A DNA stretch of 64,000 nt from Gemmatimonadales bacterium (GTDB taxonomy: Bacteria; Gemmatimonadota; Gemmatimonadetes; Gemmatimonadales; GWC2-71-9). The stretch's first letter is position 1. Every line of letters starts with the position of its first letter. Below the pieces are notes generated by a model. That model did no database searches. It had not been told where the DNA came from and was given only the letters and a program-made list of their open reading frames with translations. The stretch lies in contig DATBJC010000118.1 of assembly GCA_036556625.1 (NCBI GenBank), positions 14,877 to 78,876 on the forward strand. Direction: 5' to 3'. This document shows positions 38,240 to 46,789 of this stretch, piece by piece. Made by a program: the position numbers and the translations under genes.

Positions 38240-38865
38240 GCCCGGAATCCCTGAGCGATCGGTTTGATCGGATCTGGAGACGGGTGGGCGCCACGGACAC
38301 AACCCACGAGGTCTTCCACGACCTCTATCGCGCCTGGACCGAGCCTCACCGCCGCTATCATGGGGCGGACCACCTGCGCGACTGTCTGACCCAGCTCGAT
38401 GACGCGCCCGCCGGCGCAGTGAATCGGGACCTGGCGGAGATTGCGCTCTGGTTCCACGATGCGGTGTACCTGCCCGGCTCGCCGGACAATGAGACGCGGA
38501 GTGCGGAGTGGGCCGCCCGGGCGCTGCTCGAGGCCGGCGGGTCCCAGGCGAAGGCGGACGAGGTGGCCAGACTGGTTCGGCTGACCGATCATACTCAGCC
38601 GGCGGAGGATCCCACCGGCGCGCTGGTCTGCGACGTGGACCTCTCAATTCTTGGCCGACCCTTCGCGGAGTTCGCCGAGTACGAGCGGGGGATCCGCGCC
38701 GAGTACGGTTCCGTCCCGGACCAGCTGTACCGACTGGGTCGCTCGGCGGTGCTGCAACGCTTCCTGGCCCGCGATCGGCTGTATCGAACCGCGCACTTCA
38801 GCGATCGGTACGAAGCCGCCGCCCGACGGAACCTGCTGCGCTCACTGGAGACACTCGGCCGCTGA
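38236..38865 (+). CDS. Predicted HD-superfamily metal-dependent phosphohydrolase (COG4339-like)
   Basis: 3' part of track ORF 38092..38865. The ATG overlaps the upstream stop (ATGA, 38236-38239). ...LYRAWTEPHRRYHGADHLRDCL...ALWFHDAVY... Confidence 0.6.
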   Translation: MSPESLSDRFDRIWRRVGATDTTHEVFHDLYRAWTEPHRRYHGADHLRDCLTQLDDAPAGAVNRDLAEIALWFHDAVYLPGSPDNETRSAEWAARALLEAGGSQAKADEVARLVRLTDHTQPAEDPTGALVCDVDLSILGRPFAEFAEYERGIRAEYGSVPDQLYRLGRSAVLQRFLARDRLYRTAHFSDRYEAAARRNLLRSLETLGR

Positions 38866-38883
38866 GCCTATCTTTCCCCAACA

Positions 38884-39375
38884 ATGCGCCGGCTCTGCAT
38901 CACGCTTTCCCTGGTTGCCCTTCTCTCGGGCTGCGACCGCCCCTCCGGCGGAACGCCTCCGACCTGTGGCGTAGCGGCTCTCGCCGCAGCCACCACGCTG
39001 CTCGAGCAGTTCACCATTCCCAATCAGACACTGGCGGCGCCGCCGGGCTCGCTGCCCGAGCGGACGGTGGCCCGAGTCATCGCCGACGGCGCGTTTCCCG
39101 CTGTCGTCGGGCGAACCGACTCCCTGCTGATCATCGGCGTGGAGGGCAACCTGCCCGCCACCGCCAAGCCGGGGTTCGGCGTGCTGGTGGCCGACCCGCA
39201 GGACCGGCTGATCGGCGTCGCGCTGTACGAAGGCAGGCCGATCACCGGCGCGCCCCGACTCGGAGAGGTATCGGTGGCGGGGAGTACGGTTCCTCTGATC
39301 GGAGTGCAAGTGGATCCCGCGAAGATCACCGACCCGAGCTGTCCCTTTCTGTTTCCGGACTCGATTCTCCGGTGA
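38884..39375 (+). CDS. Hypothetical lipoprotein
   Basis: 163 aa. MRRLCITLSLVALLSGCDRP (lipobox LSGC). Confidence 0.6.
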   Translation: MRRLCITLSLVALLSGCDRPSGGTPPTCGVAALAAATTLLEQFTIPNQTLAAPPGSLPERTVARVIADGAFPAVVGRTDSLLIIGVEGNLPATAKPGFGVLVADPQDRLIGVALYEGRPITGAPRLGEVSVAGSTVPLIGVQVDPAKITDPSCPFLFPDSILR

Positions 39376-40112
39376 GAACACCGCGCATCGCACTCGGCGG
39401 GGTGGTGCGCATCTGGGATGCTGCCGAGCGGACCGGCCTCAACTCGGCGTACGTGCGCTCGGTGAGCCTGGCCGGCGGCGTGCCGGTCATGCTGAGCCCG
39501 CTCATCGGCCCCTCGTACGCGGCGCGAGCGCTGGATGGGGTAGACGGCCTGGTGCTGACCGGCGGCGAAGATGTGGATCCAGCCTGGTACAACGCCGATC
39601 GGTCGCCGCTCCTCAATCCCCCCAGCCGGGAGCGGGATCTCTTCGAGCTGGCGCTCTTCGCCGCCGCCCGCCAGCGCGAGCTGCCGATTCTGGGCATCTG
39701 CCGCGGCATCCAGCTCATCAACGTCGCGCTGGGCGGTACCCTGCATCAGGACCTGCCCACCGAACGACCCGGACCGGTCGACCACAATCGCGCCGGCACC
39801 CGTACCGACCGAAGCCATGCCGTCCGCCTCGAGCCGGGAAGCCTCGCGGCTGAAGTGCTCGGCGCCACCGAGGTGAGAGTGAATTCCTTCCACCACCAGG
39901 GCATTCGTGACCTGGCTCCGGGGCTGGTCGCCACGGGCTGGAGCGAGGACGGGCTGATCGAGGTGGTCGAGGGTACGGCGGGGCAACCCTGGATGCTCGC
40001 GGTGCAATGGCACCCGGAGGAGATGCACGCCGAGAAGGCAGCCCCGGAGCGGGGGCTCTTCAGGGCGTTGGTGGAGCGGGCAGGAACGTTCGCGGCCTCA
40101 GTGGATTCCTAG
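39372..40112 (+). CDS. Class-I glutamine amidotransferase, gamma-glutamyl-GABA hydrolase/peptidase C26 family
   Basis: Last 246 codons of track ORF 38508..40112. The GTG start overlaps the upstream stop (GTGA, 39372-39375). GLVLTGGEDVDP..Y, LPILGICRGIQLINVALGGTLHQDL, NSFHHQGI, AVQWHPE. Confidence 0.85.
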   Translation: MRTPRIALGGVVRIWDAAERTGLNSAYVRSVSLAGGVPVMLSPLIGPSYAARALDGVDGLVLTGGEDVDPAWYNADRSPLLNPPSRERDLFELALFAAARQRELPILGICRGIQLINVALGGTLHQDLPTERPGPVDHNRAGTRTDRSHAVRLEPGSLAAEVLGATEVRVNSFHHQGIRDLAPGLVATGWSEDGLIEVVEGTAGQPWMLAVQWHPEEMHAEKAAPERGLFRALVERAGTFAASVDS

Positions 40113-40805
40113 GTCGCGAACGGCCCGGTCGGTACCGCCGCCGGGGAAGAAGACCCGATCGCTCACCCCGTTGAGCGCGCTGCGTAGCGAAGGAAACCGC
40201 TCTGCCGCCGTGCGCAGCACGGGGCCGAGACCGTACTGATTGGCCAGCGCGTGATCCGACGCCATCCCGAACCCTCTCCGCCCCAGCGCGTCGTAGTAGC
40301 TGACGTCCGGCCCCGCTTTTCGCAGATGGCGCGCCGCGATATAATCGGGAAACAGCCCGGCGAGCCACAGGGAGTAATTGCCGAGGTGCACCATCACCCG
40401 GAACCGGCGGTCGCCCTCGGTCGCCTCCAGATCGGTCAGGATGTCCACCAGATACTGGTGCCGCTGGTCGTCGTGCCAGTCGATCCGCCACGCCCGGTCG
40501 CGCTGCCCGAACTCGAGCAGCAGCGCGGCCAGGTAGTCGGACAGGTCGCGGTCGTCGATACCGGCACGGCGCAGCGCGTGGCGAACCATCACGTAGAAGA
40601 ACAGCGTCTCGGACGGCACCAGCATGGTGCGGACGGTGAGCAGTCGCTCCAGCAGCTCGGGGGCATCGAGCAGCTGATCCGGGCCTTCGGTGGCGAGCCG
40701 GCGCTCGAGCGACGCCCGCCGGTGCGCGGAGCCCCGGCTCAGCAGCAGGACCACCAGCTGGAGGTCCGCCGCCGTGAGACGGCCGCGCGCATTGGCCTGA
40801 ATCAT
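40098..40805 (-). CDS. Conserved hypothetical protein
   Basis: Track ORF 40098..40943. I prefer ATG 40805 (MIQANARGRLTAADLQLVVLLLSRG...). No recognisable motif. Divergent from the histidine kinase gene. Confidence 0.5.
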   Translation of the reverse strand: MIQANARGRLTAADLQLVVLLLSRGSAHRRASLERRLATEGPDQLLDAPELLERLLTVRTMLVPSETLFFYVMVRHALRRAGIDDRDLSDYLAALLLEFGQRDRAWRIDWHDDQRHQYLVDILTDLEATEGDRRFRVMVHLGNYSLWLAGLFPDYIAARHLRKAGPDVSYYDALGRRGFGMASDHALANQYGLGPVLRTAAERFPSLRSALNGVSDRVFFPGGGTDRAVRDLGIH

Positions 40806-42801
40806 GACTAGCCCTCCTCGGGGAGACGACTTGACGATGGTCCGCCGGGTGACCGCGTTCGGCCAGGAGCTGGCCGGTACGCTGCGGCGTGCCTCAGTGG
40901 TGGACGCGCTGCTGCGACACGTCCGGCAAAACCTCGCCCCCACCGAGATCGCGCTTTCCCTGCCCCATCACGACGTCGATGCCCGTGACACCCTGCACGC
41001 TTGGCCGGGCCAGGGTTCCCACCGCCAGCAGCTCCTGGAGTACGTCTCCCGAAGCGGCGCGCTGCTCCTCTCGGACGGCCTGGAGCCGCTCACCCGCGAC
41101 GGCTCCCTGCCCCCTCAGCCGGACTCCGCCGGAAGCTGGCTGTTCGCTCCGTTGATCGCCAAAGGGAGAGTAACCGGGGCGATCGCGGTTCGCGGTGAGC
41201 CGGGTCGCTACACGCCACAGGACCTCGCGCTGCTCGAAGGCCTGGTGAGCCAGGCCAGCATCGCGCTCGAGAGCGCCCGCCTGGTGGACCTGCACGACGA
41301 CGGCCGGCGGTCCTGGCAGGAGGTGGTGGACGCGATCTCGCCGGCGCTCTGCATCGTGGATCGCGGGGGCCGTATCCGCCGGGCCAACCGCGCCTTTGCC
41401 GACTTGGTGAACGCCCCACCCGCCAGCCTGATCGGCCGCCCGTGGCAGGCCTTTGCGCCACCCGAATGGGCCACCGAGCTGCAGCGGGCCTTGGACCAGC
41501 AAGGAGCGGGCCGCGAGGTGGAGCTTCGCACGGGCGACCAGACCTATGCGGTGACGGCCGTGCCGATTAGCAGTACCGACCGCTCCGCCGTGGTGCTCCT
41601 GTTCGACGACCAGACCGAGCGCCGCCGGCTGCAGGACCAGCTCATCCAGTCGGAGAAAATGTCGGCCATCGGGCAGCTCATCGCCGGGATCGCCCACGAT
41701 CTGAACAACCCCCTGGCCTCGGTGGTCGGCTTCGCCGACTACCTGACCGAGGTGCCCAATGTCCCGCCGCCCTTGCGGGAGCCGCTGACCGTCATCCAGG
41801 AGGAAGCCGAGCGGGCCTCGAGCATCGTGAAGAATCTGCTCAGCTTCGCGCGAAAGCAGGAGCACCAGCGTCGCCCCACCGCGCTCAAGCCGCTCCTCGA
41901 CGCGACCTTTCTGCTGCTGCGGAACAATCTGATGGCCTACCGGGTGGAGGCCACGCTGGAGATCGAACCCGATCTCCCCATGCCCGACATCGATCCCAAC
42001 CAGATTCAACAGGTCTTCGTCAATCTCATCAATAACGCGGCCCAGGCAATCGCCAGCACCGGCCGGCCGGGCACTGTCACGGTGCGCGCCCGGCGCTGGC
42101 TCGACGGCGTGGCGGTGGATGTGGCGGACGATGGCCCCGGGATGTCCGAGGCCCTGGCGGCGCAGGTGTTCGAGCCGTTCTTCACCACCAAGCCCGAGGG
42201 CGAAGGCACCGGCCTCGGGCTGTCCATCAGTCAGGGCATCGTGCGGGAGCACGGCGGCCGCATCATGCTCGCCACCGAGGAAGAGAAGGGATCGGTTTTC
42301 ACCGTCCAGTTGCCCCTGGCCACCCGGCCGCCTGCACCGGTGCCGGACGAGGATCAGCGGGTGCCCACCCGGCGCCTGCGGGTGCTGGTGGTGGACGACG
42401 AGCCCCACATTCTGCACTACATGCGGGCCACGCTGGAGGCCTGGGGCCACATCCCCGTGGTTGCGAGCGACGGCGCGGAGGCCCTGGCCGTCGCGGCCGA
42501 AGACACCTTCGACCTGGTGATCTCCGACCTCCGGATGCCGCGGCTCAGCGGCCGCGAGTTCTACGAGGAACTCGCCCGGCGGCGGCCAGAGCTCGCCGAC
42601 CGGCTGGTCTTCAGCACCGGCGACACGGTCCGCGGCGACACGCTGGCGTTCCTCGAGTCGTTGGACCGTCCGTATCTGCACAAGCCGTTCAGTCTGGCCG
42701 AACTTCGCGGGCTGCTGCGTGAGGTCGCCCGCGAAGGTGGTCCCTACCTCCGGCGCCGCGAGAGCGGCAGCCGGCCGGTCGAAGCCCTCCCGGAGACGTG
42801 A
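40804..42801 (+). CDS. Hybrid sensor histidine kinase/response regulator (GAF-PAS-HisKA-HATPase-REC)
   Basis: 665 aa. H-box IAGIAHDLNNPLASV, N-box FVNLINNAAQAI, G1 DDGPGM, G2 GTGLGLSIS. Receiver LRVLVVDDEPHIL...DLVISDLRMPRLSG. Alternative start ATG 40837. Confidence 0.9.
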   Translation: MTSPPRGDDLTMVRRVTAFGQELAGTLRRASVVDALLRHVRQNLAPTEIALSLPHHDVDARDTLHAWPGQGSHRQQLLEYVSRSGALLLSDGLEPLTRDGSLPPQPDSAGSWLFAPLIAKGRVTGAIAVRGEPGRYTPQDLALLEGLVSQASIALESARLVDLHDDGRRSWQEVVDAISPALCIVDRGGRIRRANRAFADLVNAPPASLIGRPWQAFAPPEWATELQRALDQQGAGREVELRTGDQTYAVTAVPISSTDRSAVVLLFDDQTERRRLQDQLIQSEKMSAIGQLIAGIAHDLNNPLASVVGFADYLTEVPNVPPPLREPLTVIQEEAERASSIVKNLLSFARKQEHQRRPTALKPLLDATFLLLRNNLMAYRVEATLEIEPDLPMPDIDPNQIQQVFVNLINNAAQAIASTGRPGTVTVRARRWLDGVAVDVADDGPGMSEALAAQVFEPFFTTKPEGEGTGLGLSISQGIVREHGGRIMLATEEEKGSVFTVQLPLATRPPAPVPDEDQRVPTRRLRVLVVDDEPHILHYMRATLEAWGHIPVVASDGAEALAVAAEDTFDLVISDLRMPRLSGREFYEELARRRPELADRLVFSTGDTVRGDTLAFLESLDRPYLHKPFSLAELRGLLREVAREGGPYLRRRESGSRPVEALPET

Positions 42802-43880
42802 GCGCGACCGTGGTCCACGTCGCGTCCGGCCGCGAGTGGCGCGGCGGACAGCGTCAGGTATTCCTGCTCGCCCGAGCGCTGCGGGCCGGGGGGCTCACCG
42901 ACCAGGTGGTGGTGACCGGCGCGGGGACCGAGCTGGCGTACCGCCTCAAGCACGAAGGCATCCGGGTGCACGAAGCCAGCTGGAGCTATGGGCTGGATCC
43001 CAGAGTGCTCCTGCCGATCCTCCGGGAGATTCGCGCCGGCGGCGCACTGTTGCACGCGCACGACTCACACGCGGTGACCCTCGCCGGCCTCTGTGGGCTG
43101 GTCACTCGGGTGCCGGTGGTGGCCACCCGGCGGGTGGATTTTCACCTGCGTCGTCGGGGATTCTGGAGCCGGGCTGCGCGCGTCATCGCGGTCTCCGCCG
43201 CCGTCGCCGACGTGCTCTCCGACGATGGCATCGATCCCAGCCGGGTGGTGGTGGTGCACTCCGGCATCGACCTCGAGGCGGCACGACAGGTGGAGCCCCT
43301 GGGCTTGCGCGAGCGGCTGGAGCTTCCGCCCGAGGCCACCCTCGCGTGCACCGTCGGCGCGCTGGTACCCCACAAGGATCACGTTACCCTGCTGCACGCC
43401 GCCCGCCGGCTGGTTCCCAGCTTCCCGCTGCTCCACTGGGTGATCGCCGGGGAAGGCCCTCTGCGGCCGCTGCTGGAATGGCTCCGCCGAGAGCTGGACC
43501 TCACCGACCGAGTCCACTTGTTGGGACAGGTGGCCTACCCGCTGCGAATCATTGCAGATGCCGACGTCTACGTCATGAGCAGCCGGGAAGAAGGCCTTGG
43601 GACCTCGGTACTGGACGCTATGGCCCGTGGCATCCCCGTTGCGTCAACCTCGGCGGGGGGCCTCCCCGAGATGCTGATCCAGGGGGCCGGACTTCTGGTT
43701 CCACCTCGAAATCCGGAGGCGTTGGCCGGTGCGGTCCGGCGGCTGATCTGCGACGGCGACCTGCGTCGCAGGGTGATCGAACAGGCCCGACGCACTGTCG
43801 AGCGATTCAGCGCGGACCGCATGGCAGGCGAGGTCAGATCGGTGTATCGTTCGTGCGCCCCAGCGATTGACGGATCATGA
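42798..43880 (+). CDS. Glycosyltransferase family 4
   Basis: 360 aa. The GTG start overlaps the HK stop (GTGA). ...VMSSREEGLGTSVLDAMARGIPVASTSAGGLPEML (GT4 EX7E region). Confidence 0.85.
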   Translation: MSATVVHVASGREWRGGQRQVFLLARALRAGGLTDQVVVTGAGTELAYRLKHEGIRVHEASWSYGLDPRVLLPILREIRAGGALLHAHDSHAVTLAGLCGLVTRVPVVATRRVDFHLRRRGFWSRAARVIAVSAAVADVLSDDGIDPSRVVVVHSGIDLEAARQVEPLGLRERLELPPEATLACTVGALVPHKDHVTLLHAARRLVPSFPLLHWVIAGEGPLRPLLEWLRRELDLTDRVHLLGQVAYPLRIIADADVYVMSSREEGLGTSVLDAMARGIPVASTSAGGLPEMLIQGAGLLVPPRNPEALAGAVRRLICDGDLRRRVIEQARRTVERFSADRMAGEVRSVYRSCAPAIDGS

Positions 43881-44665
43881 TTTACGTCTGCATACCGAGC
43901 CACAACGAAGCGGCGACGATCGGCCTGCTGCTGTGGAAGATTCGCCAGGTGTTCGTGGGCTTTCCGAGGGAGTATCAGCTCCTGGTGCTGGATGACGCCT
44001 CGACCGATCCCACCAGCGAAGTCCTCGAGCCCTACACCCGGGTCCTGCCGCTCACGCTGGTCCGGCATCCGGAGCGCCGGGGTTACTCCGCGTCGGTCCA
44101 GCAACTGCTCCGCACCGCCATCGACCTGACCGACCGGCCCAAGCGGGACGCGGCGATCCTGATGCACGCCGATTTCACCCATAATCCCCAGGTGATCCCT
44201 GATCTGGTGCGCCGGATCGAGAGCGGCGCGGACCTGGTGGTGGCGGAAGGCCGGTTGGAGGGCGAGCCCTCGCGGCCTCAGCGCATGCTGCGACGCTACG
44301 CGCCCCACCTGCTCCGGGGGATCGTGGCGGTGCCCGGCGTCCGGGACGTAGTATCGGGGTTCGCCATCATCCGGCTGGTGGCGCTCAGGAACGCGATGCG
44401 GAGCCACGGTGGAAGATTTCTGGTGACCGATGGATGGGCCGCGAACGCGGAGCTGTACTGGCGCACCGGCCGCTACGCCCGCCGGGTCGAGTCGGTGGCC
44501 TCGATTGAGCGGCACGACCTGCGGCAGCGGCCCAGCCGGCTGCGGCCGGCCGACGAGATGATGAATCTGTGGCGCGCGCGATCGAGCTTCCGCGCCACGC
44601 CTATCGCGCCACCGACCGAACCGGCGGCGCGTGACGCGGAGCGGCATGTGGAGGCGGTATCCTGA
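43877..44665 (+). CDS. Glycosyltransferase family 2
   Basis: 262 aa. ATGA overlap with the upstream gene. MIYVCIPSHNEAATIGLLL...LLVLDDASTD. Confidence 0.8.
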   Translation: MIYVCIPSHNEAATIGLLLWKIRQVFVGFPREYQLLVLDDASTDPTSEVLEPYTRVLPLTLVRHPERRGYSASVQQLLRTAIDLTDRPKRDAAILMHADFTHNPQVIPDLVRRIESGADLVVAEGRLEGEPSRPQRMLRRYAPHLLRGIVAVPGVRDVVSGFAIIRLVALRNAMRSHGGRFLVTDGWAANAELYWRTGRYARRVESVASIERHDLRQRPSRLRPADEMMNLWRARSSFRATPIAPPTEPAARDAERHVEAVS

Positions 44666-45426
44666 TGATGCGTTCGATCCTGCTGCTGGCCGGACTGTTC
44701 CAGGGGAACGCGGCACCCGACCCGCCGGCGAACGACGGCGAGTATCCCTTCGCGGTGGGCGAGACGCTCACCTACAGCGCCAAGCTGGGGATGCTGACCC
44801 TGGGCTCCGGTACGCTCCAGGTGGCCGCGATCGATTCGGTGCGCGGGGTGGAGACCTTTCGCCTCCGGTTCCGGCTGCGGGGCAAGACGGTCTTCTACTC
44901 GCTGGACGACGTGCTCGAGTCCTGGGTGGCCACCGAGGACTTCGCCTCCCATCGGTTCGTCCAGGACTTCGTCGAAAACGACAAGCCGAAGCACCGGACC
45001 TTCGAGATCTTTCCCGACTCCGGGTTCTATCGCGAGAAGGGGCGCGACACCACGTTCTCCAGCCCCACCGATCCCCTGGATGACGCCGCGTTCTTCTACT
45101 TCGTAAGGATCACTCCGCTCGAGGTGGGCAAGAAGTACGTCTTCGATCGCTACTTCAAGAAGGAGAAGAATCCGGTCACCGTCGAGGTGGTAAAGCGCGA
45201 GAAGATGGAGCTGCCCGACGGCAGCAAGGTGCAATGTCTCGTGCTCCACCCGGTCATCGATACCAAGGGACTGTTTTCCAAGCGGTCCGACACCCGCATC
45301 TGGTTGACCGACGACGCACGCCGGCTGCCGGTGCAGATCCGCAGCAAATTCCCCTTCGGCACCATCACGCTCCGGCTCAAGGAGATGGTGGTGCCCGGCG
45401 GCGCCGCTTCGACCAGCGGCGCCTGA
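44665..45426 (+). CDS. DUF3108 domain-containing protein
   Basis: 253 aa. Signal-like MMRSILLLAGLFQG. FAVGETLTYSAKLGMLTLGSGTLQV..., beta-rich. 1-nt overlap with the upstream stop. Confidence 0.65.
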   Translation: MMRSILLLAGLFQGNAAPDPPANDGEYPFAVGETLTYSAKLGMLTLGSGTLQVAAIDSVRGVETFRLRFRLRGKTVFYSLDDVLESWVATEDFASHRFVQDFVENDKPKHRTFEIFPDSGFYREKGRDTTFSSPTDPLDDAAFFYFVRITPLEVGKKYVFDRYFKKEKNPVTVEVVKREKMELPDGSKVQCLVLHPVIDTKGLFSKRSDTRIWLTDDARRLPVQIRSKFPFGTITLRLKEMVVPGGAASTSGA

Positions 45427-45428
45427 GC

Positions 45429-46385
45429 GTGGCCTACCAGGAGGCCGATCTCGGCCGGGTCCGGACGGTCGCGGTGGCCACCAGGCGCAACAAGGTGGAC
45501 TCCTCACTGCTCGCCGCTCCGCCCGGCGGGCATCGATCCTTCCAAGCCTTCCTCGACAGCCTTCCCGACGTGCTGGCCGCGCGCGATCTGCGCGCCGTGA
45601 TACGCGGGGTAGCCCGCGCGGCCCGGCAGCGCCGGGGCGTGGTGCTCCTGGTGGGGGGGCACGTGATCAAGGTCGGGATCGGCCCCCTGATCGTCGCCTG
45701 GGTGCAGCGGGGGATCGTTTCCCACCTGGCGCTCAACGGCGCCGCGGCGATTCACGACTACGAGCTGGCTGCGTTCGGCGGGACCAGTGAAGACGTGGAG
45801 AGCGGGCTGGCGGACGGCACCTTCGGGATGGCGGACGAGACCGGAGCCGAGATGAACGCGGCCATCGCCAAGGCCGCGAAGGCTCAGCAGGGGATGGGAG
45901 AAGGACTGGCGCGCTCGCTGGCGGGGCGATCAGGCTTACCCGGAGGCGGCAGCTCGATTCTTCTGGCGGCGCTGCGGCACGACGTGCCGGTGACCGTGCA
46001 CCCGGCCATCGGTGCGGAGATCATCCACCAGCATCCGACCACCGACGGAGCTGCGCTCGGTGCGACCAGCCACCGGGACTTCCGCCGCCTGGCCGGATCG
46101 CTCCCCGCGATGGACCAGGGCGGCGCCGTGCTGAATCTGGGAAGCGCGGTGGTGCTGCCGGAGGTGTTTCTGAAGGCGCTGGCCGTCGCGCGCAACCTCC
46201 ATGGGGGCGCGCCCACGCATTTCCTGGCAGCGGACTTCGATATGCAGCGGCAGTACCGCCCGCGGGTGAACGTGGTGCAGCGCCCGACCCGCGCCGGCGG
46301 TGAGGGGTATCTCCTCACCGGGCATCACGAGCTGATGATTCCGCTGCTGGTCTGGGGGGTGATGGAGGAGCTGGAGGGATCCTGA
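45429..46385 (+). CDS. Conserved hypothetical protein (Rossmann-like; family not recognised)
   Basis: 3' part of track ORF 45234..46385. GTG 45429 lies 2 nt after the upstream stop. VVLLVGGHVIKVGIGPLIVAWVQRGIVSHLALNGAAAIHDYELAAFGGTSEDV. Confidence 0.5.
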   Translation: MAYQEADLGRVRTVAVATRRNKVDSSLLAAPPGGHRSFQAFLDSLPDVLAARDLRAVIRGVARAARQRRGVVLLVGGHVIKVGIGPLIVAWVQRGIVSHLALNGAAAIHDYELAAFGGTSEDVESGLADGTFGMADETGAEMNAAIAKAAKAQQGMGEGLARSLAGRSGLPGGGSSILLAALRHDVPVTVHPAIGAEIIHQHPTTDGAALGATSHRDFRRLAGSLPAMDQGGAVLNLGSAVVLPEVFLKALAVARNLHGGAPTHFLAADFDMQRQYRPRVNVVQRPTRAGGEGYLLTGHHELMIPLLVWGVMEELEGS

Positions 46386-46404
46386 GCAGGAGTACCTCAC
46401 GGCC

Positions 46405-46485
46405 TCATCCCGAGCGAACGCGAAGGATCTGCCCCGGGGGGAGTGCCACCCGGCATAGCAGATCCTTCGCGTTCGCTCAGGATGA
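46405..46485. repeat. 81-nt palindromic intergenic element (TCATCC-GAGCGAACGCGAAGGATC family) between convergent genes
   Basis: Perfect 21-bp arms 46412-46432 / 46458-46478 (gagcgaacgcgaaggatctgc / gcagatccttcgcgttcgctc). Six further bp pair at 46405-46410 / 46480-46485 after one mismatch (46411 c / 46479 a), which is G-U only in minus-strand RNA. 25-nt loop. No U-tract. Confidence 0.8.
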
Positions 46486-46509
46486 AGTACGGCGCGACGT
46501 CCCGCCCTA

Positions 46510-46716
46510 CTATCTGCCCGACACCATCTCCCGTACCCGCGCTGCCGTGTCCGGCGCGAACACCTTCAGGATCAGGTAGATCACGAATCCCACCAGGGCC
46601 AGCCACAGGAGCGTGCCCAGCAGGCCGAGGACCAGGCCGAACAGACCGAAGAACACTTTGATCAGGAAGATCGAGATCACCGCGAAGATCGCGAACCCGA
46701 TGAGACTCCTGAGCAT
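46510..46716 (-). CDS. Small hydrophobic membrane protein (2 predicted TM)
   Basis: 68 aa MLRSLIGFAIFAVISIFLIKVFFGLFGLVLGLLGTLLWLALVGFVIYLILKVF.... Strong GGAGGA RBS 7 nt upstream. Locally lower GC. Confidence 0.65.
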   Translation of the reverse strand: MLRSLIGFAIFAVISIFLIKVFFGLFGLVLGLLGTLLWLALVGFVIYLILKVFAPDTAARVREMVSGR

Positions 46717-46789
46717 GGTAACTTCCTCCAGACGACGGGACAGCGCGCAGTACGCCCTTGCGTTTCAAATAGTTTCATAGGGAAGATAA

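Noticed and set aside
38508-39371. N-terminal 288 codons of the 534-aa ORF 38508..40112; similar long 5' extensions of ORFs 52291..54165, 51189..52517, 50908..51846, 60185..61696, 36899..38239, 38092..38865 and 45234..46385
   Set aside because: The extensions overlap upstream genes that have good motifs. Real starts are indicated by ATGA/GTGA stop-start overlaps, RBSs and signal peptides at the coordinates given in the features.
46397-46768. 123-aa minus ORF and 72-aa plus ORF (46443..46661) spanning the palindromic element and the small membrane protein gene
   Set aside because: Both run through the 81-nt hairpin or overlap the better-supported 68-aa membrane ORF in another frame or on the other strand. 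Both lack an RBS and have shadow-like composition.
46717-46789. TPP (THI-box) riboswitch upstream of the ThiO-like oxidase gene
   Set aside because: The 73-nt upstream gap is too short and lacks the CTGAGA / ACCTGA-type conserved THI-box elements. The gene may not be a thiamine-pathway ThiO at all.
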